DNA of 64,000 bases, taken from Eledone cirrhosa. Taxonomy: Eukaryota. The notes below the pieces were generated by a model, which made no database searches, was not told where the DNA came from, and saw nothing but the letters and a program-made list of their open reading frames with translations. Made by a program: the position numbers and the translations under genes. The stretch is from positions 6,262,001 to 6,326,000 of the forward strand of contig OZ024753.1 of assembly GCA_964016885.1 (NCBI GenBank), given 5' to 3'. Shown here one piece after another: positions 52,472 to 64,000 of the stretch; position 1 is the stretch's first letter; each line of letters begins with the position of its first letter.

Positions 52472-52819
52472 ATATCAATGATATTAATAAATGGAAACTA
52501 TATTTATAAAAACCATATATTGTATTATATATATTTCAAGGGTATCACCACTTTGGTACGCACTCATCAGATAAAATACAAAGCTTGTTTTATAAATATT
52601 GAAATATCCAGGAATGAGACCTTAACGGTTCAAATTTTACCTGGTTAGGGTTAGGGTAAAACTTGAACTGTTAAGGTCTCATTGCTGTCAATATTTATAA
52701 ATCAAGCTTTGTATTTTATCTGATAAGTGCGTACCAAAATGTTGGTACCCTTGAAATATATATAATAGAATAAATATAGTTTTATAAATATAGTTTCCAT
52801 TTATTAATATCATTGATAT
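52472..52819. repeat. ~165-bp-arm inverted repeat, one hammerhead per arm, TTAGGG repeats at the apex
   Basis: Minus-strand hammerhead 52518-52578 (CTGATGA), plus-strand copy 52712-52772 (CTGATAA); the loop region contains GGTTAGGGTTAGGGT. Confidence 0.88.
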
Positions 52820-52907
52820 TATACTCCAGAAAAGCTGTCGAGTGCTTCGAATCTGTTATAAATATATGTATTTGTTGAATTACCAACAAATTAAATATCC
52901 ATTTGCT

Positions 52908-52939
<32 letters not shown>

Positions 52940-53449
52940 ATTTAATTATATAGTATTCCTTGCTTTACAACATTTCAGAGAGTCATATGTATAAAATGTT
53001 CCAAAAATAATGATAAGTTGTATGATTCTCAGATGATTTCTCTGCGATGCCTTGATGCCTGGTAGTTAAGCATTAACAATAATTTAGATGCTAGCTGTGT
53101 TACTTCAAACTACATTATCAATGTATGCCTTTACATCTCTTAATATATCGAATCACCGCTTCGTGTAGTTCTTACTTTTATGACATGAATAGAAATTCTA
53201 TATAAACAGGATGAATTGTAAGTAAAATTCTCTACTACGATAATTCCTAGCAATTAAAGATAAAAGATGTATAACAGGACATGTCAACTAACTGCCCTGC
53301 AAATGAAAGCCTGATAATATCCAGTATAATGTTGTTTTGCGCTCTAAGCGAGATTTTAAATCTTAAATTTAGTAATGATTATTTACTATATTTGATATAT
53401 ATTTATTAATAATCTCATTTATTGTCACAAGTTTAACACACATACACTC

Positions 53450-53500
<51 letters not shown>

Positions 53501-53575
53501 AGAGAGAGAGAGAGAGAGAGCACTGGAAGGTAATATCCATAGTGGAAAGCACTCAGTCCATGGGACAAGTTAGGT

Positions 53576-53690
53576 AGCAGTGGTTACACAACAGTTAGTT
53601 GACCATAACGAGAACAATTGTTTCACCTTAGCGGATCCTCAGCTGAGGAAACTGTTCACGGTATTGTGAACTAACTGTTGTGTAACTGCT
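53576..53690. repeat. Imperfect fold-back containing a minus-strand hammerhead motif (53609-53644)
   Basis: GTTACACAACAGTTAGTT / AACTAACTGTTGTGTAAC arms. Minus strand CTGAGGA-TCCGCTAAGGT-GAA-ACAATTGT-T-CTC. Junction palindrome TCCTCAGCTGAGGA. Confidence 0.72.
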
Positions 53691-53818
53691 TATATATGTA
53701 TGTATGTATGTGTGTGTATGTATGTATGTGTGTATGTATGTATGTGTGTATGTATATGTGTGTATGTATATGTGTGTATGTATATGTGTGTATGTATATG
53801 TGTGTATGTATATATATA

Positions 53819-53851
<33 letters not shown>

Positions 53852-53918
53852 GTGTATGTATATATATGTATGTGTGTATATATATATATATATGTATGTA
53901 TATGTATATATATATACG

Positions 53919-53965
<47 letters not shown>

Positions 53966-55258
53966 GTATATATATGTATGTATATGTATATATATGTATG
54001 TATATGTATATATATATATGTATGTATATGTATATGTATGTATATGTATATGTATATATGAATGTATATGTATATATATGTATATATGTATATGTATATA
54101 TATGTATATGTATATATATGTATATGTATATGTATATATATATGTATATGTATATATATATGTATATGTATATATATATATACATATATGTATATATATG
54201 TATATATATGTATATGTATATATATGTATATATATGTATATGTATATATATGTATGTGTATATGTATGTATATGTATATGTATATATATGTATGTATATG
54301 TATATGTATGTATATGTATGTATATGTATGTATATGTATATGTATATGTATGTATATGTATATGTATGTATATGTATGTATGTATATGTATGTATATGTA
54401 TGTATATGTATGTATATGTATATGTATGTGTATGTATATGTATGTATATGTATATATATGTATATGTATGTATATGTATATATATGTATATGTATGTATA
54501 TATATATGTATATATATGTATATGTATATATATGTATATATATGTATATGTATATATATGTATATATATGTATATATATGTATATGTATATATATGTATA
54601 TATATGTATGTATATGTATGTATATGTATATATATGTATGTATATGTATATATATGTATATGTATATATATGTATGTATATGTATATATATGTATATGTA
54701 TATATATGTATGTATATGTATATATATGTATATATATGTATATGTATATATATGTATATATATGTATATGTATATATATGTATATATATGTATATGTATA
54801 TATATGTATATATATGTATATGTATGTATATGTATATATATGTATATATATGTATATGTATATATATGTATGTATATATATGTATATGTATATATATGTA
54901 TATGTATATATATGTATATGTATATGTATATATATGTATATGTATATGTATGTATATGTATGTATATGTATATGTATATATGTATGTATATGTATATATA
55001 TATGTATATGTATATGTATATATGTATGTATATGTATATATGTATGTATATGTATATATATATGTATATGTATGTATATGTATATGTATGTATATGTATA
55101 TGTATATATATGTATATGTATATATATGTATATATATGTATATATATGTATATGTATATATATGTATATGTATATATATGTATATGTATATATATGTATA
55201 TGTATATGTATGTATATGTATATGTATGTATATGTATATATGTATGTATGTATGTATG
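53691..55258. repeat. ~1.57-kb compound (TATG)/(TATATG)/(TA) microsatellite
   Basis: Direct reading; source of the 400-540-aa spurious ORFs. Confidence 0.97.
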
Positions 55259-55733
55259 TTTTCTCTTTCTCTTAATTTCGAGTATATTTTTTTGACCGGC
55301 AATGTTGTAAAAGAAAAGAAATTGTCATCCCTTGAATCGCAAGAATGTTTTCCAAATTTTGAAGGTGCCAGCTATCGCAGCCATTTGTAGACTATGGATT
55401 AGGGAGCTGCGCTTTTTGTCCGCAAATCCAAGTTCAGTCATACTTTGGTCCAAGCGGGTTGGTATATAACCCGTAGCTCCAATAATGATGGGTATGAAGC
55501 TAAATGTGTATCTTGGATACTGGATTTGCAAACTCCTCATCAATGGTCCGTAGATGTCCTCCTTCTCCTGTATTTTTCTGACAACGTTTACATCAAGTGG
55601 GCAGCTGATCTCCACAACAGAACACGTTTTCAATGTGTGGTCCCAAACTACAATATCAGGCTGGTTGTGCTTTAATTTGGTGGCAGTTTTTATTTTCAGG
55701 TTCCACCAGTATTCCTTAGTGCCATCTGTCTCA

Positions 55734-55735
<2 letters not shown>
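55259..55735 (-). mobile_element. 5'-truncated RLE-type non-LTR retrotransposon (R4/NeSL-like) with uninterrupted endonuclease reading frame
   Basis: [71 protein letters not shown] (stop at 55325), then a short 3' UTR running into (CATA)n. Confidence 0.88.
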
Positions 55736-55764
<29 letters not shown>

Positions 55765-56195
55765 TGTATGTATGTATGTATGTATGTATGTATGTGTATA
55801 TATGTATGTATGTATATATATGTATATATGTATATATATACATATATATATATACATATCTATGTACTCTGATGTGTTGACCAGTTTTAAACAATGTATT
55901 TGAGATGGATTGACGAAACCCCAAGCGATTAGCCAACTCTAGACACACCTGATCAACGAAACAATCGCCAGTACTTTAAATAAAGCCCCTTATTGTACAG
56001 CCTACCAAGTTACTCTTCTTCCTTTAACTATTATTACTCCAAGTATAACCTACATAGAAATTACCGCGAACTCGCTGCATAGCTATGGAAACATCTTGTT
56101 GGATCAAACAAAGCCGTACGTTAAAACTATCCACGATGCTGAATACTCTAACTGGATTACCTCTAAGTGGATTACCTATAGCGATAACTTGTTAT

Positions 56196-56238
<43 letters not shown>

Positions 56239-57261
56239 TATGGGGATTTTGAAGAGAAAATATGTATATTTTTGTCTATTATTTCCTCGCATTTATAATT
56301 TGATATACATACACCACACCATACCACACCGTACGTACATACATATATTGTGTGTGTAATGGGCGTAATCAGCAAATTCTAAACACCAGGAAGAAACATC
56401 CCTGCAGCTACAACATCTTTCATTCGGTTTAAACCATAAATATTTCTCTATTAATATAATTATGTGTTCATAATTACGAAACGAACTTTTAATTCGGGAG
56501 CTTCTTCGTGTATAAGTTTATTTTCCTCTTAAAATTTATTGATTATAATTTTAGCTTTGGTGATTAGTTCATTTGTTTAAATATTAAAGTGTGTATAATT
56601 AGAATATTCATACATTTTCATTTTTCTCCTTATCCAATACACCAGTATATCTAGTTGAATATTTTATCGTGTATTGTTTCTCTAATTTATAATTATCTTT
56701 TTCATTTGATCTTGTACCCAAATCTCATAATAGATATTATTTCATTTACATATTTTTGAAAAATTGATTTTGTATTCTACATCGTTAATTCTAATTAAAA
56801 AAACCCACTAATTAAAGATATGTCACTATATTATTGTGAATATATCGATAACAATTTGCTTGAAATACCTTTGTGGGTTTGTAAATGGGTAACATAGAAG
56901 TCAACAGTTGTCTTATGATAGTATTAACTGCTAGGCGTATATCCACAGGCAACTGTTTTTATTGTAACACCGTTCAAATGTTTGGAATCGTTAGCTGTTG
57001 CCTATTACCTATTACCTTTATCAGAATGCTGAAAGATGCCATTCATACCCTAGTGTGTTTTATTGGCTAATAAAGGTGTGTTTTAGAGTCGTGATAAACC
57101 AGCATGTGAGTGATCTTCTTGTGTTTCGGAAACGCACCAAATTATATATTATCATTTATGAATAACTGGTTGTTTCATGTTCAATTGCAACAGATATCTT
57201 TGAGAGGTGAAGCATTTCTATTTTGCTGTGTTGTAACCTCGCATCTGATCTGACGAATGTC

Positions 57262-57595
57262 AAGTAGAGATTTGGACACCATGCTTTGACGCGTTCAGTT
57301 GCAGCCCTTGCCATTCTGAGTTCTAATCCCACCGAGGTTAACTTTGCCTTTCATCCTTACGAGGTCAATAAATAAAGTACCAGTCACGTACTGGGGTCGA
57401 TTTAATCGACTTTCTCCCTGCCCTAAAATTGCTGGCCTTGTGCCTATATAGGAAGCATTAACGCCCTTGCTATTCTGAGTTAAAATCCCGCCGAGGTCAA
57501 CTTTGCCTTTCATCCTTACGGGGTCGATAAAATAAAGTCCCAGTAATGTACTGGGTAATTGCTGGCCTTGTGCCAAAAGTAGAAACAATTAATTA
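57262..57595 (+). mobile_element. Tandem SINE copies (long-tail variant followed by short-tail variant)
   Basis: First has GTACTGGGGTCGATTTAATCGACT...AAAATTGCTGGCC; second has GTACTGGGTAATTGCTGGCC. Confidence 0.87.
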
Positions 57596-58928
57596 TACTA
57601 TTGATACATTTGTTGATTTTGTTCCTCATGTAACACTATCATAAGCAAAGTATTAATGGAGAGCGGTAATGACATTAATGACACAACATTTCTTAAAACA
57701 TGTATGTTTATGATGATAAAATATGGAAGCAGAATAATCGTTAAAGAATGAAAAATAATGAGATGATAATAAGTGTGAATAGGTTATGCCTGGAAAGAAG
57801 GTTGGCTGTGAGAGAAGCAGAGGCCGGCAGCGGAAGCCATGGTTTGATAATGTCAGCCTATCGACTATACTTGATCTCTGCTCTTTAAATTCTGCTGTTG
57901 GTCATCGAACTTTGTGGAGAAAAATATATTATGTTGATGCGGAGTCTGCAACTGGCGGAGTTTAACGTCAAAGTAGTATTATCCCTTTATCATTTACCTT
58001 ACTTTATGCTTTGTATTGTATTTTCATGGTAAACACTTTATATATTAATCATCTAATATAATATCGAATCTACGAGATTTTTATATAATTTATTTTGAAA
58101 CAGTACCTTAACATTGGTATGAGTGAGATGAGAGAATTGTGGCCGGATACGGCCGGTTTGAAGGCTAAAGGGTTAAGATATTTCATTATCAAAATTTCCA
58201 ATGATAGCACTCTTTAAAAGCTGAGCACAATTAGTCATATTTTGAACTAGCAACATATCTAACAAAAATGATGGCAACAAAATACGTCAAATGAAATAAC
58301 ATTTATACCTAATACAATATTCTCAATTTAATGGTAATGTAGTATTAAAATGCTAAAGAGCTCTAACATTAACTAAGCTATGTGGTAACTATATCTATGA
58401 AAAAAGATCAATGCCATATCCTGCAGGGAGAAACAGCGACATTTATTCGAAAATGTAAATTTTTTACCGAAATCAAATATTTAGTTTAGTATTTCATTTC
58501 TTTCAACAAAATCTACTACAATCCAGGCAGGGATTAGTTAATGGTGGCAAATTAAGTTATGACGGGATTTCCGGGTATAGTGCTGTCAAGGAATAAAGCT
58601 CATTAAATACGGTTCCTTAAAATGTAGACATGTAAGATTTTGAAAACATATGGTAGGTTAGTATGACTCAGAATATTAATCACCAACCAAACATTTATCC
58701 CACTGAGTAGAAGCCCGTTTTCAGCAGATCTGCTTCGTACAGTTATTTAATAGGGCTTCAGAAAAATATTGAAAGGTAAAATAAGTCCACTGTTTTAATA
58801 GCAAAGTTATCAACAGCCAGAGTTCAGTGAGTCTTATCTCAATATTAAATACAATAGACATATAACAGCTCTCTTTTAAAACTTTCATATTGATTGAAAT
58901 AAATTGAATAGTAGATATTTCACGATAT

Positions 58929-59020
58929 AGTTACAATGATACGATACACGGTTTAGATATATTATTATTATACATATATAATAATAATATATCTAAAACT
59001 TGTATCGTATAATTGTAACT
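58929..59020. repeat. ~92-nt hairpin
   Basis: AGTTACAAT..ATACGATACA..TTTAGATATATTATTATTATA / TATAATAATAATATATCTAAA..TGTATCGTAT..ATTGTAACT. Confidence 0.8.
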
Positions 59021-59210
59021 GGGGGTGAATTGGCAGCATCGGTAGAGCGTCAGACGCCATGCTTTACAGCATAGTTATGGCCCTTTACGTTTTGAGTTCA
59101 AATATCGCCCTGTTAACTTTGCCTTTCATCCTTACGGGGTCGATAAAATAAAGTACCAGTAATACACTGGTATAATTTCTGGTCTTGTGCCAAAAGTAGA
59201 AACAATTATT
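59021..59210 (+). mobile_element. Dominant SINE, full length
   Basis: Consensus match. Confidence 0.9.
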
Positions 59211-60104
59211 ATACATATATTTTTAAGAGAGGAAACCATTTATCCTGAATATGTCTCCTTGATATTGTACTGTGGCTAAATCTACTTGCGTGAAAGTTTG
59301 GTGAGACAATAATGCGTTCTTTCATCAACAACCATGTCAATAAAAGATCTCATTAATTTTTCGGGAAATCTGCGCAATGCATCTTTGTGGGGTCAGTGAT
59401 GAAATCCCTTATTGATTTCAATGTTGAAAATCTTTATTAAGTATGTTATAGGTGATCAGTTGATGAGATGACCCTTGAAACATATGAACGTACATTGACA
59501 GTGCTTCATATCAGTGTGCTTTTTAGCAAATATGAAATTATGAATATATATGTTAAAGGAAGAAATACATCATTGTGGAGAATGGTATAACGTTTCTTTC
59601 AACACTTTTACTATGAAACAACAATCTAAGCCCGAAGAAAATGATAGCATTTAATATCTTTGTAAGATTTATAAAACCATACTAGTTTTTCAGTGGACAA
59701 AAGACTTGGATATTAAGCAACCGCCTGGGGATAGTGCTCACATAGTTTGCAGAATATTCGGATTTCTAACATTTTGCTTTTTGGGGATAATATTTTGTTT
59801 TTCAACTAAATAGCAAAGAAATAATTCACGCGAAAATGTATTTGATAAACAATTTTATAAATGCATGAATATATGTAGGTGATTGACGCACTCAAACTGT
59901 ATGCACATACGTAAACCTTCATAGACACACTACCAACATATGTATGCATTTACATATATACATTTGTATGTAAGTAATCAAAGACAAAAGGATGTATGCA
60001 GCTCTATAGGGAAGTATGAGCATGCGTGTTGCCACAGGAGATCTCTCACGTGGTCTGAACACGTACATATAAAGGCATACAAACACACACACATATATAT
60101 ACAA

Positions 60105-60161
<57 letters not shown>

Positions 60162-61084
60162 CACACACGCACACACACACATATGTATGTATATATATAT
60201 ATGTATAAACATATACACATATATACAGATATTTGTATACATATATATATACATACACAAACGCACGCACACATCTATATATATATATATATACAGACAT
60301 TTGTTTATATATATCTATATTTATACATATTTATACATGCACACATATTTATACATATATTTTGATGTGTGTGTGTGTATATATATATATATATGTGTGT
60401 GTGTTTGTGTGTGTGTTATTCGCATCCTTACAAATATTCCACTTACGTGTATATATAAAAAGAAGGCTAGATATGAGAAATAAAAATGTTTCTGTCATAT
60501 CTTAATGTTATGAGGCAAAAAAGAGAGTAATAATATAGAAAATATGTTAAATAAACTGTTTCAATACCGTATAACAATATACTTAACTCTGCATGCTAAT
60601 TATTCAAAAGTTCTATATAGAGTAGTGTATACCTGATTATGGAGGGTGAGAAAGATGGAGGCGGTGATAATGGGAGTTCGGTTCTTCCGTGTTCGGACAC
60701 ATTTGCCAAACTAGGTTTTATATTACCTCAATGGCTTTCTAACTATCTCTTTACTTTACTATAACAACGTCTGTGTGTTGTTTTGTCTTAAAATAAAATG
60801 AGGGAGAAAAGAAACAATTCAGTATAGATACATCATTTATAAACTTACATATCTGAATTGATTATTACTTCATGTTCCATTTTCACGTAAGGTGGAGGGA
60901 TATAGTTTCCATATGAAACATTGCAGTTATTTACATGTCTAACCAATATACTTTAAGTGTTAAGGAATATCAAATAATATTTATATGATTTTATGTCGGG
61001 TAAATGTGTGTGTACGTTGGTATATGCTTGTGTATCAGTCCGTATTTGAATGTGTTGTTCACAGCCCTGCTTTTCTGTATAATA

Positions 61085-61443
61085 ATAATTATTTCTACTT
61101 TTGGCAAAAGGCCAGCAATTACTTCAGTGCATTACTGGTACTTTATGCTATTGACCCCGTAAGGATGAAAGGCAAAGCTAACCTCTGCGGAATTTGAACT
61201 CAGAACGTAAAGAACCATAACTCTATGCTGTAAAGCATGGTGTATTACGCTCTACCGATACTGCCAATTCTACTAATTTTCTACTTTTGGCACCAGGCCA
61301 GCGATTACCCAGTACATTACTGGTACTTTATTTTATCCACCCCGTAAGGATGAAAGGCAAAGTCAACCTCGGCGGGATTTGAACTCAGATCGTAAAGGGA
61401 CGTAACTATGCTGGAAAGCATGGCGCCCGACCCTCCACCGCCC
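61085..61443 (-). mobile_element. Tandem pair of dominant SINE copies
   Basis: Two reverse-complement units (61085-61270, 61276-61443). Confidence 0.9.
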
Positions 61444-61444
61444 T

Positions 61445-62050
61445 TCTAATAATAAAAATAATAATGAAATAATTGTGTACAGTGCTCAGGTGCATTACAA
61501 CTCACCAAAGGTGTATCTATAGTACATAGAATAATGTATAAATGTCAGGAAAGTAGACAGTGTATGAGTCATGATATACATGTGCATGGGGGGGGGGGTA
61601 TCAGGTGTAGTGTTAGCGAATTTCAGGAAGCATGGAGGTTTTAAAGGTTGCAATGTCTCGACAGCTAACCACTGATGCAGGTAGTTTGTTCTATGCTTCA
61701 GCAACTCTGAGCGTGAAAACATGTTTCAGAAAGTCATCAGGGCTGTGCTTTTTTCTGACTTTGTTGGCATACCGACGGGTGTTAGACACGTGAAATTCAA
61801 AAGGGTGCTCAGGGTTGTTGTTGCAAGATGGTAAATACTTTTGTGGGTGTTTTCCAAGTCAGTTTCCAGACGTCAGAGCTTTAGTGTATCTATTTGTCCA
61901 AGGAAGCAAGGCGTTCAGAGTATGGTAGATGCTTGATGGAGGGTATTCGCTTGGTTACACGTCTCTGAACAGTTTCCAGGAGGTCAATATTCTCAGCAAG
62001 ATAGGGGTTTCAGACTGGTGATGCTAATTATAAGTGTGGCCGCACCATAA
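61445..62050 (-). mobile_element. CR1-group LINE 3' end
   Basis: Minus strand FTLRVAEA*NKLPASVVSCRDIATFKTSMLPEIR; 3' UTR shared with 9048-9382; (ATT)n-like tail. Confidence 0.8.
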
Positions 62051-62512
62051 CTATATACAGCTTTAAATAGATAGCTGGAGAGCGGCTGACAAAGGTCTTG
62101 CCGAGTGATGTGTATCAATCACATGATCAGGCCGCTAATTTACGTCCAAACAAACAACTTCTTACATTCCAATTACGTTAATGTTTTGAGGGTTTTTTTC
62201 GTATCATTATACTGTAAACTGCTTAAATACAATCCCAATGTTGAAAGTAATTAACAGCGTGTTCTTTGTTTTTGGAGCCTCAATGAATTTTTGAATAGTG
62301 TTTCTATGTTTATCTGAAGTGTCGGCTGTCGTTTTATATGGGATAGTTTACATTTTGCATTTTGTCATGCGACACATATAATCACGTTTAATTTAATTCA
62401 TATGAATGGAATTAAAGAACATATCTAAACTATAATAAAAGAAGGTCTGGGGGGACTGCGTTCGGTTTGTTTTTTTATCCCGTTATTAAAATAAGTTGGA
62501 TTACTTTGACTA

Positions 62513-62702
62513 AATAATTGTATCTTATCTAGGCACAAGGCCAGCAATTACCCAGTGCATTACTGGTACTTTATTTTATCGACCCCGTAAGGATGAAAGG
62601 CAAAGTCAACCTCGGCGGGATTTGAACCCAGATCGTAAAGGGACGTAACTATGCTGGAAAGCATGGCGTCCGACCCTCTACCGATACTGCCAATCCACCG
62701 CC
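62513..62702 (-). mobile_element. Dominant SINE, full length, near consensus
   Basis: Reverse-complement match; probable TSD TTGA(C/A)TAAATAAT. Confidence 0.92.
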
Positions 62703-63680
62703 TTTGAATAAATAATGAATGAATATTACATAATTTATCTACTAAATTTCGTAAACAAAAATAATTTATTAAAAATAAATAATTGAAAATTGACTTCTTT
62801 TCAAAGTTCCGGTATATAGTTACCACCACCACCACTTCAACTACCATATATATATAGAAAGAGAGAGTGAGTGATGTCAACACTTCCGGTGGCGATCACT
62901 GAAATAAACATACTAACTTTCTGTTACTAATTTTCTCCTAATGCATTTTATATATAATATCGTCTTTTTTTAATGTATCATGATTACGTTACTGATTACA
63001 TAATGTAGTCTTCGTTCAATTTCTGTTTATATTGTCAATTACGATTTTATTTGATGTATCATAGCAACATGTATATATACTTGCGTATAATATCAATATA
63101 CACACTACACATGCTAGCAGAAAACCAACCGAAGGGTGGTTTTTTCTGCTAGTTCTTTTAATATAGGGGAAAACTGTAAGTTTCCTATTAATAAAAAACA
63201 AAAAAGTTTACAATTTGATTTGTCATTGAAACATAAACATATAATGATTTCAAAATATCATATATATTGATGCAGTGTAATATATGTTATAAACAATCGT
63301 TAACTTTTATAACACCATTAATAACTCCGCTAAGCCAATGTAGCATAATTATATATATCAACAAGATATACATTGTAATTTGAAATGATAGTCAATGACA
63401 GGAATGATCTGTCATTGTAATCCATATATAATAATGTATTTAAACAATTCATGCATTGGTCAACGCAATTGAAGTAGCATTAATATAAATTTGATATATT
63501 TGGACATAACGTAGTATAAAGTCTAGAAAAGGCAATTTTAGTCAATGCTTGTTTCCATAGTTTTGTTTCCATAGTTTTGTTATAGTTTAGAAATTAAATA
63601 TAGATTTGGCCTTCCAGCAAGAATGATCAAGAAACCCTCTACATATTCCAGTAATGTAGAACATTTTCCCAATTCATTAT

Positions 63681-63862
63681 TTGGCAGTATCGGTAGAGAG
63701 TTGGACGCCATGCTTTCCAGCATAGTTACGTCCCTTTACGGACTGAGTTCAAATCCCGCCGAGGTTAACTTTGCCTTTCATCCTTACGGGGTCGATAAAA
63801 TAAAGTACCAGGAATACACTGGAGTAATTGCTGGCCTTGTGCCAAAATGTAGAAACAATTAT
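63681..63862 (+). mobile_element. Dominant SINE
   Basis: Consensus match from TTGGCAGTATCGG to GTAGAAACAATTATT. Confidence 0.92.
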
Positions 63863-64000
63863 TTAGTCAAATAGGAGGTGGATTGTCAGTATTGGTACTT
63901 TGTTGACATCAGTTGTGGCATAGTTATAGCCTTTTATTTTCTGGCAAAGTTACGTTTGCATTTATTCCTAACTAGGTTGATAACATAACTTACCAGTAAC

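Noticed and set aside
53628-55390. Long ORFs of 185-543 aa (also those at 16186-17209 and 19522-20578)
   Set aside because: They are translations of TA/TATG microsatellites (poly Y/I/H/T/M/C) that lack stops by composition; not genes.
58060-58175. piggyBac-like end (…AAAGGG-TTAA)
   Set aside because: No matching left terminus found nearby, so it was not called as an element.

Overview
AT-rich, microsatellite-saturated eukaryotic DNA. The SINE and LINE families look like those of a coleoid cephalopod, probably octopus (inference from recalled repeat motifs, not a database hit). I find no convincing host protein-coding exon, and most ORF-track entries are translations of (TA)n/(TG)n/(TATG)n repeats. 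The window is a retroelement graveyard. It holds about 30 copies of one tRNA-derived SINE, a few CORE-type SINEs, decayed LINE pieces (RTE, CRE, R4/Dong-like, CR1-group, Vingi/Ingi-like), small Tc1/mariner-type MITEs and two Naiad-type Penelope-like element (PLE) fragments. The most striking layer is non-coding: about a dozen type-I minimal hammerhead ribozyme motifs (CUGANGA ... GAAA + palindromic stem III), about nine of them clustered at 50.4-53.7 kb. A series of long fold-back palindromes have their apices inside hammerhead stem II or the catalytic core. The 18-kb Naiad-like PLE also carries an in-frame TGA in its GIY-YIG region and a possible broken SECIS, suggesting a selenoprotein-encoding retroelement lineage.
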